Assembly (NCBI GenBank): GCA_963699255.1
Contig: OY969425.1
Location: forward strand, 1,170,001-1,202,000
Direction: 5' to 3'
DNA length: 32,000 nucleotides
From: an uncultured bacterium
GTDB taxonomy: Bacteria; Margulisbacteria; WOR-1; CAVSGV01
The translations under genes were made by a program, and so were the position numbers. Numbering within the stretch: position 1 is the stretch's first letter; every line of letters begins with the position of its first letter. The notes beneath the pieces were generated by a model. It was not told where the DNA came from, did no database searches, and saw only the letters and a program-made list of their open reading frames with translations. Shown in pieces: positions 9,478 to 17,588 of the stretch.

Positions 9478-9512
9478 GATGCGAGACGAGAGATGTGAAA
9501 TGAGAGAGATCG
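9468..9512. repeat. GAGATGTGA-word module (two direct GAGATGTGA copies 21 nt apart) spanning the mdh stop and the fumarase start
   Basis: GAGATGTGA occurs at 9469-9477 and 9490-9498. The segment 9469-9501 matches 21125-21157 at 27 of 33 positions by hand alignment. Confidence 0.75.
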
Positions 9513-10342
9513 AAGCAAAAAAAATAACAGAAACCGTCAGAGACCTTTGCATACAGGCCAATTACGAGCTTGGCGATGGAGTTGTCCAATTATTGAATGA
9601 AGCCTTAAAAAAAGAAAGATCCGGCACCGGCAGGGAAGTGATCAGGGAGCTGATAAGCAATGCGGAGATCGCGAAGACGAAAAGGTACCCGATATGCCAG
9701 GATACGGGTCTGGCTCTGGTCTTTATTGAACTGGGACAGGATGTGCAGATTACCGGCGGCGATCTTACGGAAGCCGTCAATGAAGGAGTAAGCCGCGGAT
9801 ATACCGAAGGTTATTTGAGGAAATCGGTGGTGCACGATCCTTTCTTAAGGAAGAACACCAATGACAATACGCCGGCTTTGTTACACACGCAGATAGTTCC
9901 CGGCGACAGGATCAGGATCACGTTCATGGCAAAAGGCGGAGGATGCGAGAACGTAGGCGCGTATAAAATGTTCAAGCCCGGCGCAAGCAGGAAAGAGATA
10001 GAGGATTTTGTCGTTGATACCGTTAAGGCCGCCGGGCCGAACCCCTGTCCGCCGATAATCGTTGGCGTCGGCATCGGGGGAAATCAGGAAAACTCCGCGC
10101 TGCTCGCAAAAAAGGCCCTGCTCCGGGAAGCTGGAAAACTGAACAGCAACAAGGAGCTCCATAAAATGGAGAAGGAAATATTGTCCGGGATAAATGACCT
10201 CGGCATCGGACCCGAAGGATTGGGCGGAACGGTAACGGCGATGGCCGTGCACATTGAGTCGGCCCCCTGCCACATAGCAAGCCTGCCGGTAACGGTCAGC
10301 ATCGACTGCCATGCCCACAGGGTAAAGGAGGCGGTCATCTAA
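9479..10342 (+). CDS. Class I (Fe-S) fumarate hydratase, alpha subunit (N-terminal domain type). An L-tartrate dehydratase alpha subunit is not excluded.
   Basis: YPICQDTG motif, KGGGCEN, 287 aa. Adjacent to mdh and to the beta subunit. An in-frame alternative ATG at 9500 (MREIEAKK) is equally plausible, because the first 7 codons lie inside the repeat module. Confidence 0.85.
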   Translation: MRDERCEMREIEAKKITETVRDLCIQANYELGDGVVQLLNEALKKERSGTGREVIRELISNAEIAKTKRYPICQDTGLALVFIELGQDVQITGGDLTEAVNEGVSRGYTEGYLRKSVVHDPFLRKNTNDNTPALLHTQIVPGDRIRITFMAKGGGCENVGAYKMFKPGASRKEIEDFVVDTVKAAGPNPCPPIIVGVGIGGNQENSALLAKKALLREAGKLNSNKELHKMEKEILSGINDLGIGPEGLGGTVTAMAVHIESAPCHIASLPVTVSIDCHAHRVKEAVI

Positions 10343-10882
10343 GTGCAGAAGATCACGACCCCATTAACTGATAAAGTGATCAAATCGCTTAAAGCGGGCG
10401 ATGAAGTCCTGATCTCCGGAGTGATCTATACCGCAAGGGATGCTGCCCACAAAAGACTTGTCCTTGATATCAAACATCCTCCGCTTAACCTGAAGGACCA
10501 GATCATCTATTACTGCGGACCTACGCCCGCGATGCCCGGGCGTCCTGTCGGGTCTGCCGGCCCCACAACCAGCGGCAGGATGGATGGATTTACCGCCCCC
10601 CTGCTGAAAACCGGCCTTAAAGGCATGATAGGAAAAGGCCCAAGGTCAAAGGAAACAAGGGAGCTTATTAAAAAGCACAAGGCCGTTTATTTTGTGGCTA
10701 CGGGCGGTGCAGGCGCCCTGCTTGCGAGGCATATCAGAGCATCACAGGTCGTCGCTTACCCCGATCTTGGCCCGGAAGCTATACACAGATTCGACGTGCT
10801 GGATTTTCCGGTGATCGTGGCCGACGATATCAAAGGCCATGATATTTTTGAAGAAGGGATGAAGAAATACAGGAAAAAATGA
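10343..10882 (+). CDS. Class I fumarate hydratase, beta subunit (C-terminal domain type)
   Basis: GVIYTARDAAHKRL, GPTTSGRMD and GMIGKG motifs. GTG start directly after the alpha-subunit stop, with an AAAGGAGG SD upstream. Confidence 0.85.
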   Translation: MQKITTPLTDKVIKSLKAGDEVLISGVIYTARDAAHKRLVLDIKHPPLNLKDQIIYYCGPTPAMPGRPVGSAGPTTSGRMDGFTAPLLKTGLKGMIGKGPRSKETRELIKKHKAVYFVATGGAGALLARHIRASQVVAYPDLGPEAIHRFDVLDFPVIVADDIKGHDIFEEGMKKYRKK

Positions 10883-11883
10883 CGCCATATAAATCACAAT
10901 ACACAAATCACAAATTACAAACAAATTACAATGCACAAATCACAAATAATTATTTTAGTAATTGTATATTGTTTATTGTTTGTTTATTGTTTATTGTCAT
11001 TTGTATATTCCCATCATATTCTTTTGCTGAAACAAAACAATATGATGGGGTTTGGTTCCTCGGCTTCAATCTTCACACGAAGCTTTTCGGTAATGATGAC
11101 GGCAGGCAGGTGCGCCGTGCCGTAACAACGGCCATAGACAGGGAAAAGATCGCGAAAAAAATAATCGGCGACGATGCCGTCCCCGTCGGCGTGATCCCTC
11201 CCGGAATGGAAGGATACGATCCATCGCTTACCCCGTATCCCCATGACTATGCGCTTGCAAAAAAGCTGATGACGAACGCGGGATATCCTTTGTACGACAA
11301 GCGTTTGAAGCATATATCACTGCTCATGACCGACGGGGAAAAAACAAGATTGATCGTCGATGAAATAAAAAAGGACCTTATTAACATAGGTTTTGACATT
11401 ACGACAAGGGTAGTGAAATACTCGAACACAAAAGAATGGGAAAGGGAACTCATGTCCGGCAACTACAACATGTTCGTAATGGGATATAAAGCCGGGAGCG
11501 TCGGCGAGATATTCATCGCCGACAAATCCACCGGCATCTTCCACACTTTTACCTGCTTTAAAAATACGACCAATGAAGCCGACCAGCAATATTTTGACAG
11601 ATACAGCGACGCCGTATCTTCAGGATTTTCTCCGTGTACGATATGCAAACCACAGCCGGAGAAGGCGCCTACGACGCTTGAACTGGTGCGCCCGCTTTTT
11701 TATCGCGATGGGATCGCGAACGCTGCGTACTTCCAGAATATAAGAGTGGATAATCTTATTGAAGAGCTCTCAACTCTGGATGAAAAGCTTATAGCGTCAA
11801 GAAAAGACAAATTCGAGGAGATCGGACGCATTCTTTATGATGACCTGCCCGTAGTACCTCTTTTCTATATTACGAGGCTATGA
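10879..11883 (+). CDS. Membrane-anchored or secreted, truncated family-5 solute-binding-protein-like protein with an embedded His/Cys (Ada-like Zn) motif
   Basis: The ATG overlaps the fumarase-beta stop (ATGA). A hydrophobic segment ILFIVCLLFIVICIFPSYSFA is followed by SBP_bac_5-like sequence (FLGFNLH..., VRRAVTTAIDREKI, GVIPPGMEGYD, AKKLMTNAGY) that lacks the usual N-terminal lobe. FHTFTCFK...GFSPCTICKP resembles the Ada-type H/C...CxxC zinc motif. The exact start is uncertain. Confidence 0.7.
   Translation: MTPYKSQYTNHKLQTNYNAQITNNYFSNCILFIVCLLFIVICIFPSYSFAETKQYDGVWFLGFNLHTKLFGNDDGRQVRRAVTTAIDREKIAKKIIGDDAVPVGVIPPGMEGYDPSLTPYPHDYALAKKLMTNAGYPLYDKRLKHISLLMTDGEKTRLIVDEIKKDLINIGFDITTRVVKYSNTKEWERELMSGNYNMFVMGYKAGSVGEIFIADKSTGIFHTFTCFKNTTNEADQQYFDRYSDAVSSGFSPCTICKPQPEKAPTTLELVRPLFYRDGIANAAYFQNIRVDNLIEELSTLDEKLIASRKDKFEEIGRILYDDLPVVPLFYITRL
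10891..11008. repeat. Long imperfect palindrome of CACAAAT/ACAAATTACAA words (left arm, nearly G-free) and ATTGT/TTTATTGT words (right arm, nearly C-free)
   Basis: Left arm 10891-10950, centre about 10951-10958, right arm 10959-11008. 10892-10932 matches the reverse complement of 20120-20160 at 36 of 41 positions. 10921-10945 matches 19992-20016 at 23 of 25. Confidence 0.8.
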
Positions 11884-12104
11884 ACCAGACGGACTATTTC
11901 TATAAAGTTAAAAAAAGCGATGTCTCTTTCATTTGCTCATACCTTGAAGCCTTTGAGGGAATGGCCGCGATAAGGACACCGAACCCGAAGATCGGAGAGG
12001 ATGCGGTGCTTCACATCATGGTGTCACCGGATTTTAACAGCCAATTCGAAGAGATCATAAGCAAGCTAAGCAAGGAAATTCCCCTGGAAAAGGTCGAACC
12101 GTGA
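11880..12104 (+). CDS. DUF4911-like small protein (74 aa)
   Basis: 4-nt overlaps on both sides (ATGA, GTGA). YFYKVKKSDVSFICSYLEAFEGMAAIRT...AVLHIMVSPDF fits my recollection of the DUF4911 pattern. Needs an HMM check. Confidence 0.6.
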   Translation: MNQTDYFYKVKKSDVSFICSYLEAFEGMAAIRTPNPKIGEDAVLHIMVSPDFNSQFEEIISKLSKEIPLEKVEP

Positions 12105-12601
12105 ATATTTTTTACCCGAAGGCGCACTTCAGGAACGTACAGGGAATAGATCTCTCAAAGCTCCAGGCTCTGGGCATCACTAACCTGATCGTCGACCTTG
12201 ACGAAACCCTGAGGAAAAGGAATTCGTCCAACATCCCCGAGGGATCCATTAAATGGATAGAAGAGGCTAAAAGTAAGGGCTTCAAGGTATGCATAACTTC
12301 GAACAATCCTTTCTGGTGGAAGCTCAGGAAAATGGAAGATATCTTTAATACCCCCGTCAGCCTCCTGGCGCTGAAACCCCTGCCCATCGCGTTCAATCAC
12401 GCGATGAGCCTGTTAAGTTCGAAACCTTCAAACACGGCTCTGATAGGAGATCAGCTGTTCACGGATATTGTCGGCGCCAACATGCTTGGCATCTATACGA
12501 TCCTGGTGGATCCCATAACGGGAGCGGAAAAAGGGATCTTCAGAAGGATGATGCGATGGCTTGAACAGAAGGTCTTCCCCAGGGTCAAATTAGAGCTTTA
12601 A
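12101..12601 (+). CDS. YqeG-family HAD superfamily (subfamily IIIA) phosphatase
   Basis: LIVDLDETL (DxDxT), ITSNN and IGDQLFTDIVGANMLG motifs. About 166 aa. Confidence 0.75.
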   Translation: MNIFYPKAHFRNVQGIDLSKLQALGITNLIVDLDETLRKRNSSNIPEGSIKWIEEAKSKGFKVCITSNNPFWWKLRKMEDIFNTPVSLLALKPLPIAFNHAMSLLSSKPSNTALIGDQLFTDIVGANMLGIYTILVDPITGAEKGIFRRMMRWLEQKVFPRVKLEL

Positions 12602-13187
12602 GCGAATGCTTTATTATTTCTTCCGTTGAATGATCTTTCGTAAAATCCATTCCCGATTTCATGACCGCTTCGCGCGCTTCTCTGGGCGTATAGCCCAGCG
12701 TCATTAAAGCGGCTATCGCGTCGGCGATCAGAGGTTCCTCGGCCGGAAGCCCCTTTAATGATCCGCCGCCTGCTACGGCGTAAGCTTTCCCCACTTTCTC
12801 CTTCAATTCAATGACAAGCCTCTGCGCGGTCTTTAGCCCGATCCCGGGGACCGTTGTGATGAGATCAACGCTGCCTTTCGCGATCGCGATGACAAGGTCT
12901 TCCATTTTTATCCCGGAAAGAAGCGCAAGCGCGCTCTTCGGCCCGATGCCGGAAACGGAAAGGAGCATGGAAAACAGCCCTCTCTCTTCCCTGCGTAAGA
13001 ACCCGTAAAGGTCCAGCGCGTCTTCACGCACCACCTGATATGTGAAGATCTTGATCTTCTCGCCGGGCTTCGGGAGTCTTCCTATGGACGAGAGCGGGAC
13101 GAAAACCTTGTAACCGACGCCTTGAACGTCGATGACAACATTATTCTGTTCAACGCAATCGAGTATCCCTGTCAGCTGCGATATCAT
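12585..13187 (-). CDS. ruvA: Holliday junction branch migration complex subunit RuvA
   Basis: MISQLTGIL..., VDVQGVGYKV, helix-hairpin-helix motifs (VSGIGPKSALALLS, VPGIGLKTAQRL) and a C-terminal LGY domain. GAGGAAAG SD. The 3' end overlaps the convergent HAD gene by 17 nt. Confidence 0.93.
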   Translation of the reverse strand: MISQLTGILDCVEQNNVVIDVQGVGYKVFVPLSSIGRLPKPGEKIKIFTYQVVREDALDLYGFLRREERGLFSMLLSVSGIGPKSALALLSGIKMEDLVIAIAKGSVDLITTVPGIGLKTAQRLVIELKEKVGKAYAVAGGGSLKGLPAEEPLIADAIAALMTLGYTPREAREAVMKSGMDFTKDHSTEEIIKHSLKALI

Positions 13188-13681
13188 GAAGCTTTCCTCA
13201 CTTTTGAATTAAACCCGTCGGAATTCATGTGGCACAGCGCCACGGCAAGCGCATCCGCAGCGTCATCAGGTTTGGGGACCGCGTCAAGCTTCAAGAGCCT
13301 CTTGACCATTTGCTGGATCTGCTGCTTGTCCGCCCTTCCGTAGCCGGTCAAGGCAATTTTAATTTCAAGCGGGGTATATTCCGCAATATCAAGTCCAGCC
13401 TGGGATGCAGTAAGAAGGATCACCCCCCTCGCCTGTCCCACCGCCATCGCGGTTTTTGTGTTCGCGCCAAAGAACAATCTCTCAACAACGACGCATTTTG
13501 GCTTGTGTTTTGAGATGATCTTCTTGAGGTCGGAATGGATCTTTTTGAGGCGCGCGCTTGAAGTCTCTTTGCTGCTCGTCTTTATGCATCCGTAATCCAC
13601 GACCCTGATTTCATCGCCGTCAGATTCAAGTATCCCGTAACCTGTGGTGGCCGTGCCCGGATCAATTCCCAAGGCTTTCAT
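13184..13681 (-). CDS. ruvC: Crossover junction endodeoxyribonuclease RuvC
   Basis: LGIDPGTATTGYGI, a RuvC-like internal acidic motif and a C-terminal DAADALAVALCH. Overlaps ruvA by 4 nt. Confidence 0.93.
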   Translation of the reverse strand: MKALGIDPGTATTGYGILESDGDEIRVVDYGCIKTSSKETSSARLKKIHSDLKKIISKHKPKCVVVERLFFGANTKTAMAVGQARGVILLTASQAGLDIAEYTPLEIKIALTGYGRADKQQIQQMVKRLLKLDAVPKPDDAADALAVALCHMNSDGFNSKVRKAS

Positions 13682-13688
13682 GGACTAA

Positions 13689-13697
13689 ATTATATCA
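13689..13697 (-). promoter_or_regulatory. Candidate extended -10 element (TGaTATAAT) 7 nt upstream of the ruvC ATG (leaderless-type arrangement)
   Basis: The minus strand reads gTGaTATAATttagtccATG, with no SD between the -10 and the ATG. Confidence 0.35.
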
Positions 13698-13709
13698 CAA
13701 TTTCGGCGG

Positions 13710-14705
13710 CTAAAATGATATTTTGAATTCCTGTATGCGGTGATTGTTCGTGTCGGCCACAAAAAGACGGCCCTGCGCACCAGCCGATATCCCGATTGGG
13801 TTGTTGAACTCTCCCATACCCATCCCGGTCCCCCCGAATTTCATAAGGAACTTTCCGCTCCTGTCGAATATCTGTATCCTGTTGTTGCCGGTATCGCTCA
13901 CATACACATACCTGTCATCAACCGCGATCCCAGCCGGGGAATGGAATTCGCCGTCGCCCCCGCCGGAGCTTCCAATTGATAACAGAGACATGCCGTATTC
14001 ACTAAGCTTCTGTATCCTGTCATTTTTCGTGTCGGCAACATATAAGTTCCTGTCCGGGTCTATTGCGATATCTGACGGCGTATTGAAAAGCCCTTCACCG
14101 AATCCGAACCCGCCAAGTGAATCCAGATAATTCCCGTTCATATCAAATTTTTCTACCCTGTTATTCCCTGAGTCAGTCACAAATGCTTGCCCCATGGGAT
14201 CAACAGCAACCCCCAGAGGCCCGACGAACTTTCCGGAATCTGTCCCCAAAAAACCGAATTCACCCAGGAAAGTCCCGTTCAAATTGAATTTCTGGACCCT
14301 GTTATTATCCTTGTCCACAACGTACAACCTTTGATTCATATCGATCGCGATCCCCGCGGGCGAACTGAACTTTCCATCTGCATTCCCCCATCCGCCGAAT
14401 TGAAAAAGGAACTGGCCGTTCCCATTGAAGACCTCTACCCTGTTGTTCCCTGTATCCGAAACAAAGATGTTATCCATTGCCGATGAACCCGTATATGATC
14501 CCGCGGTCACGCCCATCGGGTAAAGAAATTGTCCGTCTCCGGAGCCGGAGCCTCCTATGACCCTCATAAAAGTCACGGAAGGAACAACAACCTCTTCGGT
14601 CACGGCCTGAGGGACAGTCCCCATGGCAAAACAGGGAGAGGAAATGATCAAGCAAATAATGATGTGAAGAAAAAATATATGTTTCATAAGGCCGCAAGCA
14701 ATCAT
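13710..14705 (-). CDS. Secreted NHL-repeat (six-bladed beta-propeller) protein
   Basis: N-terminal signal-like segment (HIFFLHIIICLIISSPCFAMG). Six recurring units of the type G.F..P.GIA.D....LYV.D..NNR.Q.F. An alternative start is M7 at 14687. Confidence 0.85.
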   Translation of the reverse strand: MIACGLMKHIFFLHIIICLIISSPCFAMGTVPQAVTEEVVVPSVTFMRVIGGSGSGDGQFLYPMGVTAGSYTGSSAMDNIFVSDTGNNRVEVFNGNGQFLFQFGGWGNADGKFSSPAGIAIDMNQRLYVVDKDNNRVQKFNLNGTFLGEFGFLGTDSGKFVGPLGVAVDPMGQAFVTDSGNNRVEKFDMNGNYLDSLGGFGFGEGLFNTPSDIAIDPDRNLYVADTKNDRIQKLSEYGMSLLSIGSSGGGDGEFHSPAGIAVDDRYVYVSDTGNNRIQIFDRSGKFLMKFGGTGMGMGEFNNPIGISAGAQGRLFVADTNNHRIQEFKISF

Positions 14706-14767
14706 ATATCATATTTAACCGCGCTACAAGCATCGAAAACGCTGGAACTGTGTGCTATACTTTCCGC

Positions 14768-15868
14768 ATGCCTTCGGTGTTCAATTGGCTTGTTACAAGA
14801 AAAAGAGCCCTCGTCAAGAGAAAGGGAATCAAGTTCTCGCCGGCTGCAAAGTCGATCATTCTCCTCATAATTGTTTTACTTATCTTGTTCGTTCTCAGAT
14901 ATTCCGGTCAGATAATACGCCCTTTCATCTGGGCGGTTATAACCGCATACCTTTTTGCCCCGTTGATCTACTCCCTTGAAAAAAGAACGCGCGTGCCCAG
15001 GACGTTCTGGATAATGACGGCGTACATCATCATCGGATTTGCCATCTACTGGGCGCTCTCTTATGCGATCCCCATCGCCAACAAAGAAGTGTCGGAAATA
15101 GTCGGCACGGGAACTTTGAACAGCGCGTCATTTCTCGGGAACATAGAAAAGATCGGAAAAGGGAACTTCTTCGGTATTGTTATCGACTATGGGAACGTCG
15201 CATCTGTGATGAGGGTCTGGCTGAGCAGCAAGATAAAGGCGTTCGCCCTGCCCGTCTTTATCGGGTTCATGGAAAGGTTCATATTGATATGCGCGTATTT
15301 TATTATCACTTTCTACCTCCTTCTTGACGGCGAAAAATATATCCGCCTTTTCCTCCTGCTTTTCCCCACCAAATACAGGAGGGAGCTTACAAACGTGGCT
15401 GCGGAAATAAATGAGACGCTGGGCGCATATATCAGGGGCCAGGTCATGCTGATCTTTATCATGAGCCTGGCAAGCTGGCTCGTCCTTTCGACTTTAAGAG
15501 TGCATTACTCTCTGGTTCTGTGCCTTGCGACGGGGGTCCTTGAAGTAGTTCCGGTGATCGGGCCGATCATTGCGACGACGCTGGCGGCCCTTGTGGCTTT
15601 CTACCAGCCCGCCGTCGCCTGGGGTCTCACTAACGTCACATTGACCCTGATAGTGATCGCCGCCTACTTCATATTGAGGCAGATCGAAGATATGATAGTC
15701 ATACCGAACATCGTGGGAAAATTCATACATGTTCATCCTGTGGTAGTTATCTTCGCGATATTTATCGGGGCTCGGATCGGCGGAGTTCTGGGGGTCTTCC
15801 TTGCACTGCCCGTATCCGCGGTGCTGAAGGTCCTTTTTAATTATTTCTATCCTAAGCTGACCGTATAA
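14768..15868 (+). CDS. AI-2E family transporter (PerM/YdiK, UPF0118)
   Basis: Polytopic membrane protein with the family-typical LGAYIRGQ, GVLEVVPVIGPII and VIFAIFIGARIGGVLGVFLALP segments. I prefer ATG 14768 (MPSVFNWL), preceded by TGcTATACT with a 6-nt gap. The ORF track's GTG at 14750 is possible. Confidence 0.85.
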   Translation: MPSVFNWLVTRKRALVKRKGIKFSPAAKSIILLIIVLLILFVLRYSGQIIRPFIWAVITAYLFAPLIYSLEKRTRVPRTFWIMTAYIIIGFAIYWALSYAIPIANKEVSEIVGTGTLNSASFLGNIEKIGKGNFFGIVIDYGNVASVMRVWLSSKIKAFALPVFIGFMERFILICAYFIITFYLLLDGEKYIRLFLLLFPTKYRRELTNVAAEINETLGAYIRGQVMLIFIMSLASWLVLSTLRVHYSLVLCLATGVLEVVPVIGPIIATTLAALVAFYQPAVAWGLTNVTLTLIVIAAYFILRQIEDMIVIPNIVGKFIHVHPVVVIFAIFIGARIGGVLGVFLALPVSAVLKVLFNYFYPKLTV

Positions 15869-16997
15869 AAAAATCCATCAGCTTATGGCCGGCCCTGATA
15901 CGCAGCTTTGTTCTCGATATGCTCTTCTCGTTATAAGCTTCCGCTCCCCTGACCTTTTTCTTTGAAGAATAGATCGCGAATGGGACCGCCTCTCCCGAAT
16001 GCGTCATTAACGCTATCGGGGTCGGATGATCGGGCAACACCATTAGCTTGAAATCCTTATACCTGCTCAAACCTTTTAGTATGGGGCCGACAACGTACCT
16101 GTCAAAGTCTTCAATGGCCTTCATTTTGTGCTTGAGGTTGCCTTCATGCCCTGATTCGTCGGGAGACTCAACATGCACAAATACAAAATCTTTCGTCCTA
16201 AGGGAAGCCAGGGCGTATCTGGCTTTTCCGGCATAATTCGTATCAAGGTAACCCGTGGCTCCGGGGACATTTATTACATCAAGCCCTATAGCCCTTCCTA
16301 TGCCCTTTATAAGATCGACCGCGGTGATGACGGAACCCTTTAGCGGGAACTTTTTCATTTTCGGCGTTTTCCCCTGCCCCCACAGCCATATCATGTTGGC
16401 TTTTCCGCCCTTTGAAGAAAGTATCTCATATGAATCGCTCATCAATATGTTAAGCGCGTCGGCGCCCTTTCCCTTCGGGAGATATTTTCCGATCGGTCTT
16501 CCCGTGATGTCATGGGGAGGCGTGCATTTTGCCTCGCCCGGCCCTCCATTGATGACGGCGATATGCCTGTAACTCACCCCGGGATAAAATCTGATCTTTT
16601 TGTTGCCAAGCTCCCTGTTCAGGAACTTGATCACTTTTTTTGCTTCCTCGGTTGATATGTGGCCCGCGCTGTAGTCCGCCATTTTGCCATTCTCGATCCT
16701 TACAAGGTTGCACCTGAATGCGACATCATTCCTGCCCAGCTTTATCCCCCTGTTCAATGCTTCCAGGGGCCCTCTTCCTGAATAACATTTTCTCGGGTCA
16801 TATCCGAAAATGCTTAAGTTAGCCACGTCGGACCCGGGCTTTACGCCTTTCGGCACCGTATTTACGAGCCCGCAGGTCCCGTTCCTGGCGATCCAGTTCA
16901 TGTTCGGGATCCTTGCGGCTTCAAGCGGGGTCTTCCCCTTAAGCTGCGGCAGCGGCCTGTCCGCCATCCCATCTCCGACCAAAATCACGTATTTCAT
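15852..16997 (-). CDS. apgM: Cofactor-independent phosphoglycerate mutase, archaeal type (ApgM family)
   Basis: MKYVILVGDGMADRP...GKTPLEAA..PNMN, VHVESPDESGHEG and PDHPTP motifs. 381 aa. Convergent 17-nt overlap with the AI-2E gene. Confidence 0.85.
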   Translation of the reverse strand: MKYVILVGDGMADRPLPQLKGKTPLEAARIPNMNWIARNGTCGLVNTVPKGVKPGSDVANLSIFGYDPRKCYSGRGPLEALNRGIKLGRNDVAFRCNLVRIENGKMADYSAGHISTEEAKKVIKFLNRELGNKKIRFYPGVSYRHIAVINGGPGEAKCTPPHDITGRPIGKYLPKGKGADALNILMSDSYEILSSKGGKANMIWLWGQGKTPKMKKFPLKGSVITAVDLIKGIGRAIGLDVINVPGATGYLDTNYAGKARYALASLRTKDFVFVHVESPDESGHEGNLKHKMKAIEDFDRYVVGPILKGLSRYKDFKLMVLPDHPTPIALMTHSGEAVPFAIYSSKKKVRGAEAYNEKSISRTKLRIRAGHKLMDFFIRSA

Positions 16998-17022
16998 ATT
17001 GGTCTGATTATAGCAGATAGAT

Positions 17023-17044
17023 ACCCGCTACTGAAGTGTCGGGT
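17023..17044. repeat. Degenerate GC-rich hairpin (ACCCG...CGGGT) of the same type as the 30486-30535 hairpins
   Basis: The sequence acccgctactgaagtgtcgggt has a 5-bp outer stem plus inner AC/GT pairs. It lies in the 54-bp mpg-apgM spacer. Confidence 0.4.
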
Positions 17045-17051
17045 TCCATTA

Positions 17052-17588
17052 TTATATTTTCGACACATATTTATTCCCTTTTATATAATAACGGTATAAT
17101 TTATTGGATGCTTTTGAGAGCCCTATCCTTCGGGCAGAAACAATTCGAAGTTTTTCGGGCTTTCCTTCCGCAATGACTAGATTTCCTTTTGTGAGATCCG
17201 CCCGATTGAAATGTTTGTCGATCCTGAGAGCCCTGGTGAGCTTCCCCGGGCCGTTCGTCAGCAGCTTAATGCCGCTGATAGGCTCAAGCGACCTGATCAA
17301 TACCGCGCCAGCCCTGCCGATTTTTTCAGTAACCGCATTCAGGCAAAAATGGTTGCCGTAGATGAAGTATACATACGCGTGGCCCGGTTCCTCGAACATA
17401 GGGGCGCAGCGCGGAGTCTTCCCCCTGAAAGCGTGGCTTGCGGGATCTTTCTGGAAGTAGGCTTCCGTCTCGACAATCTTACCGATCAGTTTGCGGGCGC
17501 CGATCTTCCTTACCAGATATTTGCCCAGCAGCTGCCTCGCTACAACACCGGTGTTCCTGCTGTAGAACGATCTTGAAAGGACCCTCAT
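17052..17588 (-). CDS. DNA-3-methyladenine glycosylase (MPG/AAG family)
   Basis: ARQLLGKYLV, IVETEAY, DPASHAFRGKTPR, GHAYVYFIYGNHFCLN and NGPGKL motifs. Confidence 0.88.
   Translation of the reverse strand: MRVLSRSFYSRNTGVVARQLLGKYLVRKIGARKLIGKIVETEAYFQKDPASHAFRGKTPRCAPMFEEPGHAYVYFIYGNHFCLNAVTEKIGRAGAVLIRSLEPISGIKLLTNGPGKLTRALRIDKHFNRADLTKGNLVIAEGKPEKLRIVSARRIGLSKASNKLYRYYIKGNKYVSKI

Noticed and set aside
12585-12601. Identical 17-nt overlap length at both convergent gene pairs (HAD/ruvA here and AI-2E/apgM at 15852-15868)
   Set aside because: The two overlapping sequences (tcaaattagagctttaa and ctaagctgaccgtataa) are unrelated, so the equal length looks coincidental.
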